NCBI RefSeq assembly: GCF_037042905.1
Contig: NC_087245.1
Location: forward strand, 7,566,001 to 7,630,000
DNA: 64,000 nucleotides
Source of the DNA: Lytechinus pictus
Lineage: Eukaryota
Direction: 5' to 3'
Shown: piece after piece, positions 47,468-61,900 of the stretch
Layout of the letters: each line of letters starts with the position of its first letter
Position numbering within the stretch: the first letter of the stretch is position 1
Translations under genes and position numbers: made by a program
Notes under the pieces: generated by a model
Database searches by the model: none
The model's input: the letters and a program-made list of their open reading frames with translations, nothing else
What the model was told of the DNA's origin: nothing

Positions 47468-47968
47468 ATTTATTAATCTAATAAGCCTAATGAGTGCGTG
47501 AAATCTGTTGACAGTGCATGAGGCTTGAAAAACTGGATATTTTATATTTTTTGTAATCATGAACAGCATTCATGGGTTGATACATTTATAGCAAATAATG
47601 CGAGCGCAAATCGCGATCCAAAATTTTTAAATGGGGGGGGGGGAATTCAAGTAGTTTGTTATAGAATATATAGGTACATTGACGTACCGTGGGTCACGGC
47701 ATTGGGGGGGGGGCACCACCACAAATTTGGTGTCACTTAGGGAGCGCGCTCAGTTGCCAGGTATGCTGACCTAATAGAGAAATTTTAAGGACATGCAATG
47801 CCATTGAACGGATAAGTATCTCACTGATTAAATAATGCGAGCGCGAAGCGCGAGCTGAAAATTTTTGATATTCAGACCAAAAAGAGACATTATAAGCAAA
47901 TTGTTTGTAATCGTGATACGTACCTGTCTCGCTAAACAAACAATGCGAGCGCGAAGTGCGAGCTGTAA

Positions 47969-48926
47969 TTTTTGTCTCACCTGCATAGCAGAGTGAGACT
48001 ATAGGCGCCGCTTTTCCGACGGCGGCGGCGGCGTCAACACCAAATCTTAACCTGAGGTTAAGTTTTTGAAATGACAGCATAACTTAGAAAGTATATGGAC
48101 CTAGTTCATGAAACTTGGCCATAAGGTTAATCAAGTATTACTGAACATCCTGCCTGAGTTTCATGTCACATGACCAAGGTCAAAGGTCATTTAGGGTCAA
48201 TGAACTTAGACCATGTTGGGGGAATCAACATCAAAATCTTAACCTAAGGTTAAGTTTTTGAAATGTCATCATAACTTAGAAAATATATGGACCTAGTTCA
48301 TGAAACTTATACATAAGGTTAATCAAGTATCACTGAACATCCTGCATGAGTTTCACGTCACATAACCAAGGTCAAAGGTCATTTAGGGTCAATGAACTTT
48401 GGCCAAATTGGGGGTATCTGTTGAATTACCATCATAACTTTGAAAGTTTATGGATCTGATTCTTGAAACTTGGACATAATAGTAATCAAGTATTACTGAA
48501 CATCCTGTGCAAGTTTCAGGTCACATGATCAAGGTCAAAGGTCATTTAGGGTCAATGAACTTTGGCCAAATTGGGGTATTTGTTGAATTACAGCCATAAA
48601 TTTGAAAGTGTGTTGGTCTAGTTCATAAAACTTGGACATAAGAGTAATCAGGTATCACTGAACATCCTGTGCGAGTTTCAGGTCACATGATCAAGGTCAA
48701 AGGTCATGTAAGGTCAAAGAACTTTGGCCACGTTGCTGGTACATGTATTTGTTGAATTGCCATCATATCTCTTTAAGTGTATTGGTCTAGTTCATAAAAC
48801 GTGGAAATAAGAGTAACCAAGTATCACTGAACATCTTGTGCGAGTCATAGTAGTTTTCAAAATCAGCACTGCTGCTATATTGAATCGCGTGATGCAGGTG
48901 AGACGGCCAGAGGCATTCCACTTGTT
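47969..48926 (+). mobile_element. Helentron/DINE-1-like non-autonomous element with internal 162-192 bp tandem repeats (copies at about 54565 and 61744)
   Basis: Inserted in a T-run; subterminal inverted repeats GTCTCACCTGC (47974-47984) / GCAGGTGAGAC (48894-48904); (GGC)n microsatellite; about 5 core repeats. Confidence 0.8.
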
Positions 48927-51679
48927 GTATGTATTGACCCCCAAACAAGGACATTTTAAGGACTATATTTTAGGTATCCATTAAGAGTAAAAATATCTCA
49001 GCATAGTCATCTAATGATAGTGGCATCCTTTGCTGATTTTGTTAGAATTACATCTAAACGTATGAAGCACTTTTTGTAGTCATAGTAATCATAATTATCA
49101 TACGCATCTCACTAATCAAATACTGCGAGCGCGAAGCGCGAGCTAAAAATTTATGAAATTCAGACCTGAAGAGGGGCATTCTAAGGCTTGTTTGTAGGAA
49201 TTCACTAAGTCCTTACGTATTTCACTAACCAAATGATGCGAGCGCGAAGCGCGAGCTAAACATTTTTGATATTCAGATTAAAAAAATTGACATTTTAAGA
49301 ACTGATTTTAGGAATTCATGAAGAGCAGACATCTCACCAATCAACTAATGCGAACGTTAGCACGGACAGGAAATGTTTTATATTAAGTCCCTAAAATTGG
49401 GCAATCACTTTAAGTAGTCATGAAAAAGAAGCAAATGTCACTACATAAAACAATAATAACTCGAAATGCGAGGAAATATATTTGGTGTATATTGGTTTAA
49501 AAACGGGAGGTTTTAGTACAACAGGATTATACATCTCGTTAAACAGTCTATGCGAGCACCAGGAACAATGAAGACATAGGCCCTGAGCAAACTGTTTCAT
49601 AAAGTCATGAAAAAATGCTTCTTATGTAATAACATTATAATAAACAATAATTTCTTTTTTTTTTGGGGGGGGGGACGTGCCCCCCATGCCCCCTGGTAGT
49701 TAAGCCACTGTATAGGTATACAGAAATCACCAATAAAAATGCGAGCGCACAGCGCTAGCTCATAGGCCTTCATTTTTGACAATCGAGACACCTGAAAAGG
49801 AATATTTTGAGAATCTTATAGAAAATACACAAAGATAATAGGTAGGCCAACAACATTTCAAAGTTTCGCTTAATTTCACAAACCAGTTATATTCACATCC
49901 TTGTCGGTATACAAATGAGGAGACTGATGACATCACTCACTCACTACTTCTTTTTGTATTTTAGTATATGAAATATGAAATATTCAATTTTTCTCCGTTG
50001 TCGTGTGAAACAACGATTAATTCCTCCCTGAACATGAGCAATTAGCATTGTTTAATACTAAATGGTTCAATCAAGTTGGTTCATATTGTAAAATCTGTAA
50101 AAAATGAAATATTGTATAATTCTAACAATAAAAAACAAAGGAATTAGTGAGTGAGGGACATTATCGACTGTCTCATTTGCATCTCACTGTTTTGTGAAAA
50201 ATAAGCAAAATTTTAAAATGTCATAATTTTCTTATTTTAAAAATCTGATTTTGATGAAATTTTCAGCATAAAGCTTGTTTGATTTTTCTCTATTTATTCA
50301 AATCAACATTTTTTTTGGGGGGGTGGACTTGTCCTTTACATGACGAAAACCTTTCATTTGAAAACACTATACCCCAGATTCCCTCAATCAATTCTCTTCT
50401 CCAAGTACGACAAACCATAACTGCCCCAAGCAAGCAATTTAAGTATCAAAACACCTGTTTCTGGTCCGAAGATAACACAACAGCCCGAGCAAAGCATGCC
50501 GTCATTTTAATTCACTTACTTTCCTTATTTCGAGGTCGATTTTCTTCGTTCGAACTTGAAAATGGACTAACATTGGATTTCTGAATACAATATGCATTTG
50601 AAAACGTGATTAAATATCGAATACAATAATTTCATTCCGAAGGTCCTACTACAGGCAGAGAAGTCTTACGTAATAGCACAGCTGTTGTTTATCATTTCGT
50701 CCTTGGCTCAACGCTCATAATCTGGCCTGTGGAGGTAAAATTGAGACAGCGGGGATTACCTGGCCTAGCGGGATTGATCAGGCGGGTGTTTCATAAAGCT
50801 GTTCGTAAATAAAAAGCGACTGGTGATCCTGTCTTGCGGTAAATGGTACACACCATTGGCGAAGATCTAGCGCGCGAGAAAGGATCACCAGTCGTTCTTA
50901 AAGTCGCTCTTAACTTACGAGCAGCTTTATGAAACGGCCCCCTGGGCTTGGAAATGATTTTGGGATTTACAAACGCAAAATGGGGTATAGAACCGCAGTT
51001 TGCAATCTGAACTGCGGTCTTTCTCCAAACGGGGGTTTGACGTAATGAAGAAATGAATGCGAGCGCGAAGCGCTAGCTGAAAACTTTTTAAATGATGAAA
51101 TGAAAAGGACATTTTCAGTTGTTAGATTAGAATATAAAATATTTTCAGCTTGTGCTTCTCGTTCGCATAAAAAAAAAACTGAAGTCGGGATGCGTATATA
51201 ACTGAACAGTGATGCGAGCGCGTAGCGCGAGCTCAATTTTTTTATGTACTGACTTAGGAAGGACTCTTTTAAGGTATAATTCCTGTTTTAAAAGTCTTTC
51301 CTTTTTCTCTTCGTCTTTTTTTTCTTTTTCTTTCCTTTTTTTGCGCCACCATGGGGGGGGGCAAAAACTTTGCCCCCTGGATCGGCCTATGTATATTGAC
51401 TTGAAAAACACTAACATTTTAAGGACTTATGTACGTGTGATCGATGGAGAGGATATACACCTCACTAATCAAATATTGCGAGCGCGTAGCGCCAGCTGAA
51501 TTTGATATTTACCCCTTTTCTGACCCTGAACAGGATACCTATCTTGCCAAACAAACTTCAAACTCGAGCACATTGATTTTTGTCTATTATCGTAAAAACG
51601 GGATATTTTAAATCAGCCGCATTAATTTAACCTTTTTGGGCAGGAAATAAATTTCACTATAAACAGACAATACGAGCAA

Positions 51680-53918
51680 TGTTGCGCCCCTGGTCGAACA
51701 TGAATTTGCATGGATCCCCTAAGTTCAAGGTCAATTTGGCGCCCTTGGTTGAACATGAATTTGGCGCCATGTAAAATATCACTTTGCCCTCCCCCTTCTG
51801 AAACATGTATTTGTCGCCTTATGGTCAAACATCAAATTAGCGCTTCCCTAGTTCGAACATCAATTTGGCGCCCCGCTAGTTTGAACATCAATTCGGCGCT
51901 CCCCTAGTTCGAACATCAATTTGGCGCCCCGCCCAGTTCAAACATCAATTTGGTGCCCCCATCTAGTTCGAAAATTAATTCGCCCCCTCCCCCTTGTTCA
52001 AACATCATTTCGGCGCCCCATAGTTCGAACGTCATTTTGGCGCCGCCTAGTTTTAACATCAATTTGGCGCCCCAAGTTCGAATAGCAATTCGGCGCCCCC
52101 TAGTTCGAACATCAATTTGGCGACCCTAGTTCGAACATTCAATCGGCGTCCCCCTACGTCGAACATCTATTTGGCCTTCCTAGTTCGAATATCAATTCGG
52201 CGCCCCCTAGTTCAAACATCAATGTGGTACCCCTAGTTCGAACATCGATTCGGCGCCCCCCCCTAATTCGAGTATCAATTCGGCGCCCCTACATGTAGGT
52301 CGATCATCAATTGATCATCAATTTGCCCCCCCCCCCCCCCCCCGTTCGAACATCATTTTGGCATCCTTCGAACTGAATTTGGCTTCCCTAGTACGAAAAT
52401 CATTTCGCCCCCTAGCTCGAGTATCAATTTGGCGCCCCCCTAATTCAAGTATCAATTCGGCGCCCCTACATGTAGGTCGATCATCAATTTGCCCCCCCCC
52501 CCCGTTCGAACGTCAATTCGACCCCCAGTTCGAACATCATTTTGGCATCCCTTCGAACTGAATTTGGCTTCCCTAGTACGAAAATCATTTCGCCCCCTAG
52601 CTCGAGTATCAATTTGGCACCCCCCTAGTTCGAACATCAATTCGGCGCCCCCCTAGTTTGAGTATCAGTTTGGCGCCCCCCTAGCTCGAACATCGATTCG
52701 CCCCCTCCCCCCTAGTTCGAGTATCAATTTGGCGCCCCCAGTTCGAACATCATTTTAACATCCCTTCGAACATCATTTTGGCGCCCTCCTTGATCGAATA
52801 TCAATTCGGCGCCCCTACATGTAGGTCCAACATCAATTTGGCGCCCCATAGTTCGAGTATCAATTTGGCGCCCCCTAGTTCCAACATCAATTATGAGCCC
52901 CCCTAGTTCGAGTATCAATTTGGCGTCCCCCTAGTTCGAACATCGATTCGGCCCCCTCCCCCCTAGTTCGAGTATCAATTTGGCGCCCCCAGTTCGAACA
53001 TCATTTTAACATCCCTTCGAACATCATTTCGGCGCCCTTCTAGTTCGAATATCAATTCGGCGCCCCTACATGTAGGTCCAACATCAATTTGGCGCCCCAT
53101 AGTTCGAGTATCAATTTGGCGCCCCCTAATTCCAACATCAATTCTGAGCCCCCCCCCCCCTAGTTCGAGTATCAATTTGGCGTCCCCCTAGTTCGAACAT
53201 CGATTCGGCCCCCTCCCTAGTTCGAGTATCAATTTGGCGCCCCCAGTTCGAACATCATTTTAACATCCCTTCGAACATCATTTCGGCGCCCTTCTAGTTC
53301 GAATATCAATTCGGCGCCCCCACATGTAGGTCCAACATCAATTTGGCGCCCCTAGTTCGAATATCATTTCGGCCCCCCTAGCTCGAGTATCAATTTGGCG
53401 CCCCCTAGTTCCAACATCAATTCTGAGCCCCCCTAGTTCGAGTATCAATTTGGCGTCCCCCTAGTTCCAACATCGATTCGGCCCCTCCCCCCTCCCCCTA
53501 GTTCGAGTATCAATCTGGTGCCCCCAGTTCGAACATCATTTTGACATTCATTCGAACATCATTTCGGCGCCCTTTTGGTTCGAACATCATTTTCTTTCCT
53601 CCTCTTCCTCTTTTTTTCTTCTCGTCCTTCCCCTCTTTCTCTCCCCTTTATTTCTTTTCTTTCCCCCCTTTCTCTCTCTTTTTTTTCTCTTCTTTCCTCC
53701 CTCTTCGAACATTCAATCGGCGTCCCCCTACGTCGAACATCTATTTGGCCTTCCTAGTTCGAATATCAATTCGGCGCCCCCTAGTTCAAACATCAATGTG
53801 GTACCCCTAGTTCGAACATCGATTCGGCGCCCCCCCTAATTCGAGTATCAATTCGGCGCCCCTACATGTAGGTCGATCATCAATTTGCCCCCCCCCCCGT
53901 TCGAACGTCAATTCGACC
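51680..53918 (+). repeat. 27-33 bp minisatellite CTAGTTCGAACATCAATTTGGCGCCCC with about 250-bp higher-order repeats (second copy about 58863-61098)
   Basis: Directly visible; ORFs 52724 and 52975 repeat at a 251-bp offset. Confidence 0.95.
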
Positions 53919-55372
53919 CTTTGCCATTTTAGTTCTTTTTTTTAATAGGAATTTCAACTTTTCTTTGGTATCATCTCATAGAGCTACTAAAAATCTATAC
54001 ATTGAGACATAAAAATCAAATTTGATGAAAAATGGACCTAACCCCTTTTGCAAGTGAGCTCTTCATTTATTAATCTAATAAGCCTAATGAGTGCGTGAAA
54101 TCTGTTGACAGTGCATGAGGCTTGAAAAACTGGATATTTTATATTTTTTGTAATCATGAACAGCATTCATGGGTTGATACATTTATAGCAAATAATGCGA
54201 GCGCAAATCGCGATCCAAAATTTTTAAATGGGGGGGGGGAATTCAAGTAGTTTGTTATAGAATATATAGGTACATTGACGTACCGTGGGTCACGGCATTG
54301 GGGGGGGGGCACCACCACAAATTTGGTGTCACTTAGGGAGCGCGCTCAGTTGCCAGGTATGCTGACCTAATAGAGAAATTTTAAGGACATGCAATGCCAT
54401 TGAACGGATAAGTATCTCACTGATTAAATAATGCGAGCGCGAAGCGCGAGCTGAAAATTTTTGATATTCAGACCAAAAAGAGACATTATAAGCAAATTGT
54501 TTGTAATCGTGATACGTACCTGTCTCGCTAAACAAACAATGCGAGCGCGAAGTGCGAGCTGTAATTTTTGTCTCACCTGCATAGCAGAGTGAGACTATAG
54601 GCGCCGCTTTTCCGACGGCGGCGGCGGCGTCAACACCAAATCTTAACCTGAGGTTAAGTTTTTGAAATGACAGCATAACTTAGAAAGTATATGGACCTAG
54701 TTCATGAAACTTGGCCATAAGGTTAATCAAGTATTACTGAACATCCTGCCTGAGTTTCATGTCACATGACCAAGGTCAAAGGTCATTTAGGGTCAATGAA
54801 CTTAGACCATGTTGGGGGAATCAACATCAAAATCTTAACCTAAGGTTAAGTTTTTGAAATGTCATCATAACTTAGAAAATATATGGACCTAGTTCATGAA
54901 ACTTATACATAAGGTTAATCAAGTATCACTGAACATCCTGCATGAGTTTCACGTCACATAACCAAGGTCAAAGGTCATTTAGGGTCAATGAACTTTGGCC
55001 AAATTGGGGGTATCTGTTGAATTACCATCATAACTTTGAAAGTTTATGGATCTGATTCTTGAAACTTGGACATAATAGTAATCAAGTATTACTGAACATC
55101 CTGTGCAAGTTTCAGGTCACATGATCAAGGTCAAAGGTCATTTAGGGTCAATGAACTTTGGCCAAATTGGGGTATTTGTTGAATTACAGCCATAAATTTG
55201 AAAGTGTGTTGGTCTAGTTCATAAAACTTGGACATAAGAGTAATCAGGTATCACTGAACATCCTGTGCGAGTTTCAGGTCACATGATCAAGGTCAAAGGT
55301 CATGTAAGGTCAAAGAACTTTGGCCACGTTGCTGGTACATGTATTTGTTGAATTGCCATCATATCTCTTTAA

Positions 55373-55955
55373 AGGAGAATGAAACCCTTGAAACCAGCTG
55401 AATCCATATCAAAGAGAAAAATCAAAGAAACATATTGTTGAAAGTTTGAGGAAGATTGAATGAATAATAAGAAAGTTATGAGCATTTGAATATTGAGATC
55501 ACTAGTGCCATGTAGATCCTCCCATCGGCAATGCGACCAAGATCTATGATATCACACACGTACAACTCCCTCATTACTTTAGTACTTATTTCACTTATAT
55601 TCTCACTTTTATAGAGTATATCACAAGGTGAGGTGTTCTCTTTATGAGATGACAAGTACAGAGGTTTCACAACATTATATCATTGATGAATCGTTTGTCA
55701 TATGATTAGAATGAGCAAAAAGAGATGTTTTGGGGTATATTTTCAGTGTCCAAATGGGAGAGTTGTACGTGTGTGACATCACAGATCTTGATCGCATTGC
55801 CAATGGGAGGATCTCCATAGCATTAGTGATCTCGACATTCAAATGCTCATAACTCTTTTATTGCTAGTCCTATTTTACTCAAAGTTTTGTTGATCTTATT
55901 CTTTGATTTTTCTGCTTTCACAAAAGCTAACTTGCTCCAAGAGTTTCATTCTCCT
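55373..55955. mobile_element. 583-bp TTAA MITE in unit 2
   Basis: TTAA on both sides; unit 1 has the empty site (single TTAA at 48773-48776). Confidence 0.95.
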
Positions 55956-58900
55956 TTAAGTGTATTGGTCTAGTTCATAAAACGTGGAAATAAGAGTAAC
56001 CAAGTATCACTGAACATCTTGTGCGAGTCATAGTAGTTTTCAAAATCAGCACTGCTGCTATATTGAATCGCGTGATGCAGGTGAGACGGCCAGAGGCATT
56101 CCACTTGTTGTATGTATTGACCCCCAAACAAGGACATTTTAAGGACTATATTTTAGGTATCCATTAAGAGTAAAAATATCTCAGCATAGTCATCTAATGA
56201 TAGTGGCATCCTTTGCTGATTTTGTTAGAATTACATCTAAACGTATGAAGCACTTTTTGTAGTCATAGTAATCATAATTATCATACGCATCTCACTAATC
56301 AAATACTGCGAGCGCGAAGCGCGAGCTAAAAATTTATGAAATTCAGACCTGAAGAGGGGCATTCTAAGGCTTGTTTGTAGGAATTCACTAAGTCCTTACG
56401 TATTTCACTAACCAAATGATGCGAGCGCGAAGCGCGAGCTAAACATTTTTGATATTCAGATTAAAAAAATTGACATTTTAAGAACTGATTTTAGGAATTC
56501 ATGAAGAGCAGACATCTCACCAATCAACTAATGCGAACGTTAGCACGGACAGGAAATGTTTTATATTAAGTCCCTAAAATTGGGCAATCACTTTAAGTAG
56601 TCATGAAAAAGAAGCAAATGTCACTACATAAAACAATAATAACTCGAAATGCGAGGAAATATATTTGGTGTATATTGGTTTAAAAACGGGAGGTTTTAGT
56701 ACAACAGGATTATACATCTCGTTAAACAGTCTATGCGAGCACCAGGAACAATGAAGACATAGGCCCTGAGCAAACTGTTTCATAAAGTCATGAAAAAATG
56801 CTTCTTATGTAATAACATTATAATAAACAATAATTTCTTTTTTTTGGGGGGGGGGGACGTGCCCCCCATGCCCCCTGGTAGTTAAGCCACTGTATAGGTA
56901 TACAGAAATCACCAATAAAAATGCGAGCGCACAGCGCTAGCTCATAGGCCTTCATTTTTGACAATCGAGACACCTGAAAAGGAATATTTTGAGAATCTTA
57001 TAGAAAATACACAAAGATAATAGGTAGGCCAACAACATTTCAAAGTTTCGCTTAATTTCACAAACCAGTTATATTCACATCCTTGTCGGTATACAAATGA
57101 GGAGACTGATGACATCACTCACTCACTACTTCTTTTTGTATTTTAGTATATGAAATATGAAATATTCAATTTTTCTCCGTTGTCGTGTGAAACAACGATT
57201 AATTCCTCCCTGAACATGAGCAATTAGCATTGTTTAATACTAAATGGTTCAATCAAGTTGGTTCATATTGTAAAATCTGTAAAAAATGAAATATTGTATA
57301 ATTCTAACAATAAAAAACAAAGGAATTAGTGAGTGAGGGACATTATCGACTGTCTCATTTGCATCTCACTGTTTTGTGAAAAATAAGCAAAATTTTAAAA
57401 TGTCATAATTTTCTTATTTTAAAAATCTGATTTTGATGAAATTTTCAGCATAAAGCTTGTTTGATTTTTCTCTATTTATTCAAATCAACATTTTTTTTGG
57501 GGGGGTGGACTTGTCCTTTACATGACGAAAACCTTTCATTTGAAAACACTATACCCCAGATTCCCTCAATCAATTCTCTTCTCCAAGTACGACAAACCAT
57601 AACTGCCCCAAGCAAGCAATTTAAGTATCAAAACACCTGTTTCTGGTCCGAAGATAACACAACAGCCCGAGCAAAGCATGCCGTCATTTTAATTCACTTA
57701 CTTTCCTTATTTCGAGGTCGATTTTCTTCGTTCGAACTTGAAAATGGACTAACATTGGATTTCTGAATACAATATGCATTTGAAAACGTGATTAAATATC
57801 GAATACAATAATTTCATTCCGAAGGTCCTACTACAGGCAGAGAAGTCTTACGTAATAGCACAGCTGTTGTTTATCATTTCGTCCTTGGCTCAACGCTCAT
57901 AATCTGGCCTGTGGAGGTAAAATTGAGACAGCGGGGATTACCTGGCCTAGCGGGATTGATCAGGCGGGTGTTTCATAAAGCTGTTCGTAAATAAAAAGCG
58001 ACTGGTGATCCTGTCTTGCGGTAAATGGTACACACCATTGGCGAAGATCTAGCGCGCGAGAAAGGATCACCAGTCGTTCTTAAAGTCGCTCTTAACTTAC
58101 GAGCAGCTTTATGAAACGGCCCCCTGGGCTTGGAAATGATTTTGGGATTTACAAACGCAAAATGGGGTATAGAACCGCAGTTTGCAATCTGAACTGCGGT
58201 CTTTCTCCAAACGGGGGTTTGACGTAATGAAGAAATGAATGCGAGCGCGAAGCGCTAGCTGAAAACTTTTTAAATGATGAAATGAAAAGGACATTTTCAG
58301 TTGTTAGATTAGAATATAAAATATTTTCAGCTTGTGCTTCTCGTTCGCATAAAAAAAAAACTGAAGTCGGGATGCGTATATAACTGAACAGTGATGCGAG
58401 CGCGTAGCGCGAGCTCAATTTTTTTATGTACTGACTTAGGAAGGACTCTTTTAAGGTATAATTCCTGTTTTAAAAGTCTTTCCTTTTTCTCTTCGTCTTT
58501 TTTTTCTTTTTCTTTCCTTTTTTTGCGCCACCATGGGGGGGGGGCAAAAACTTTGCCCCCTGGATCGGCCTATGTATATTGACTTGAAAAACACTAACAT
58601 TTTAAGGACTTATGTACGTGTGATCGATGGAGAGGATATACACCTCACTAATCAAATATTGCGAGCGCGTAGCGCCAGCTGAATTTGATATTTACCCCTT
58701 TTCTGACCCTGAACAGGATACCTATCTTGCCAAACAAACTTCAAACTCGAGCACATTGATTTTTGTCTATTATCGTAAAAACGGGATATTTTAAATCAGC
58801 CGCATTAATTTAACCTTTTTGGGCAGGAAATAAATTTCACTATAAACAGACAATACGAGCAATGTTGCGCCCCTGGTCGAACATGAATTTGCATGGATCC

Positions 58901-61900
58901 CCTAAGTTCAAGGTCAATTTGGCGCCCTTGGTTGAACATGAATTTGGCGCCATGTAAAATATCACTTTGCCCTCCCCCTTCTGAAACATGTATTTGTCGC
59001 CTTATGGTCAAACATCAAATTAGCGCTTCCCTAGTTCGAACATCAATTTGGCGCCCCGCTAGTTTGAACATCAATTCGGCGCTCTCCTAGTTCGAACATC
59101 AATTTGGCGCCCCGCCCAGTTCAAACATCAATTTGGTGCCCCCATCTAGTTCGAAAATTAATTCGCCCCCTCCCCCTTGTTCAAACATCATTTCGGCGCC
59201 CCATAGTTCGAACGTCATTTTGGCGCCGCCTAGTTCTAACATCAATTTGGCGCCCCAAGTTCGAATAGCAATTCGGCGCCCCCTAGTTCGAACATCAATT
59301 TGGCGACCCTAGTTCGAACATTCAATCGGCGTCCCCCTACGTCGAACATCTATTTGGCCTTCCTAGTTCGAATATCAATTCGGCGCCCCCTAGTTCAAAC
59401 ATCAATGTGGTACCCCTAGTTCGAACATCGATTCGGCGCCCCCCCCTAATTCGAGTATCAATTCGGCGCCCCTACATGTAGGTCGATCATCAATTGATCA
59501 TCAATTTGCCCCCCCCCCCCCCGTTCGAACATCATTTTGGCATCCCTTCGAACTGAATTTGGCTTCCCTAGTACGAAAATCATTTCGCCCCCTAGCTCGA
59601 GTATCAATTTGGCGCCCCCCTAATTCAAGTATCAATTCGGCGCCCCTACATGTAGGTCGATCATCAATTTGCCCCCCCCCCCCGTTCGAACGTCAATTCG
59701 ACCCCCAGTTCGAACATCATTTTGGCATCCCTTCGAACTGAATTTGGCTTCCCTAGTACGAAAATCATTTCGCCCCCTAGCTCGAGTATCAATTTGGCAC
59801 CCCCCTAGTTCGAACATCAATTCGGCGCCCCCCTAGTTTGAGTATCAGTTTGGCGCCCCCCTAGCTCGAACATCGATTCGCCCCCTCCCCCCTAGTTCGA
59901 GTATCAATTTGGCGCCCCCAGTTCGAACATCATTTTAACATCCCTTCGAACATCATTTTGGCGCCCTCCTTGATCGAATATCAATTCGGCGCCCCTACAT
60001 GTAGGTCCAACATCAATTTGGCGCCCCATAGTTCGAGTATCAATTTGGCGCCCCCTAGTTCCAACATCAATTCTGAGCCCCCCTAGTTCGAGTATCAATT
60101 TGGCGTCCCCCTAGTTCGAACATCGATTCGGCCCCCTCCCCCCTAGTTCGAGTATCAATTTGGCGCCCCCAGTTCGAACATCATTTTAACATCCCTTCGA
60201 ACATCATTTCGGCGCCCTTCTAGTTCGAATATCAATTCGGCGCCCCTACATGTAGGTCCAACATCAATTTGGCGCCCCATAGTTCGAGTATCAATTTGGC
60301 GCCCCCTAATTCCAACATCAATTCTGAGCCCCCCCCCCCCTAGTTCGAGTATCAATTTGGCGTCCCCCTAGTTCGAACATCGATTCGGCCCCCTCCCTAG
60401 TTCGAGTATCAATTTGGCGCCCCCAGTTCGAACATCATTTTAACATCCCTTCGAACATCATTTCGGCGCCCTTCTAGTTCGAATATCAATTCGGCGCCCC
60501 CACATGTAGGTCCAACATCAATTTGGCGCCCCTAGTTCGAATATCATTTCGGCCCCCCTAGCTCGAGTATCAATTTGGCGCCCCCTAGTTCCAACATCAA
60601 TTCTGAGCCCCCCTAGTTCGAGTATCAATTTGGCGTCCCCCTAGTTCCAACATCGATTCGGCCCCTCCCCCCTCCCCCTAGTTCGAGTATCAATCTGGTG
60701 CCCCCAGTTCGAACATCATTTTGACATTCATTCGAACATCATTTCGGCGCCCTTTTGGTTCGAACATCATTTTCTTTCCTCCTCTTCCTCTTTTTTTCTT
60801 CTCGTCCTTCCCCTCTTTCTCTCCCCTTTATTTCTTTTCTTTCCCCCCTTTCTCTCTCTTTTTTTTCTCTTCTTTCCTCCCTCTTCGAACATTCAATCGG
60901 CGTCCCCCTACGTCGAACATCTATTTGGCCTTCCTAGTTCGAATATCAATTCGGCGCCCCCTAGTTCAAACATCAATGTGGTACCCCTAGTTCGAACATC
61001 GATTCGGCGCCCCCCCTAATTCGAGTATCAATTCGGCGCCCCTACATGTAGGTCGATCATCAATTTGCCCCCCCCCCCGTTCGAACGTCAATTCGACCCT
61101 TTGCCATTTTAGTTCTTTTTTTTAATAGGAATTTCAACTTTTCTTTGGTATCATCTCATAGAGCTACTAAAAATCTATACATTGAGACATAAAAATCAAA
61201 TTTGATGAAAAATGGACCTAACCCCTTTTGCAAGTGAGCTCTTCATTTATTAATCTAATAAGCCTAATGAGTGCGTGAAATCTGTTGACAGTGCATGAGG
61301 CTTGAAAAACTGGATATTTTATATTTTTTGTAATCATGAACAGCATTCATGGGTTGATACATTTATAGCAAATAATGCGAGCGCAAATCGCGATCCAAAA
61401 TTTTTAAATGGGGGGGGGGAATTCAAGTAGTTTGTTATAGAATATATAGGTACATTGACGTACCGTGGGTCACGGCATTGGGGGGGGGCACCACCACAAA
61501 TTTGGTGTCACTTAGGGAGCGCGCTCAGTTGCCAGGTATGCTGACCTAATAGAGAAATTTTAAGGACATGCAATGCCATTGAACGGATAAGTATCTCACT
61601 GATTAAATAATGCGAGCGCGAAGCGCGAGCTGAAAATTTTTGATATTCAGACCAAAAAGAGACATTATAAGCAAATTGTTTGTAATCGTGATACGTACCT
61701 GTCTCGCTAAACAAACAATGCGAGCGCGAAGTGCGAGCTGTAATTTTTGTCTCACCTGCATAGCAGAGTGAGACTATAGGCGCCGCTTTTCCGACGGCGG
61801 CGGCGGCGTCAACACCAAATCTTAACCTGAGGTTAAGTTTTTGAAATGACAGCATAACTTAGAAAGTATATGGACCTAGTTCATGAAACTTGGCCATAAG

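Larger units (their letters stand above)
44690..51500 (+). repeat. Degenerate 110-180 bp periodic array anchored on GCGAGCGCGAAGCGCGAGC
   Basis: Motif at about 44693, 45887, 46006, 46148, 46327, 46459, 47836, 47945, 49126, 49238, 51059, 51214, 51478; repeated in the duplicated units. Confidence 0.85.

Noticed and set aside
47733..48080. 115-aa ORF present three times
   Set aside because: Spans a TE junction; identity reflects the segmental duplication; no protein motifs.
44690..51500. CRISPR-like look of palindromic 19-mers with spacers
   Set aside because: Eukaryotic context, irregular spacing, spacers related to each other, no cas genes.
51680..53918. CRISPR-like 30-bp repeats and the ELGG/RQID ORFs on the minus strand
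   Set aside because: Contiguous minisatellite without unique spacers; the ORFs are repeat translations.
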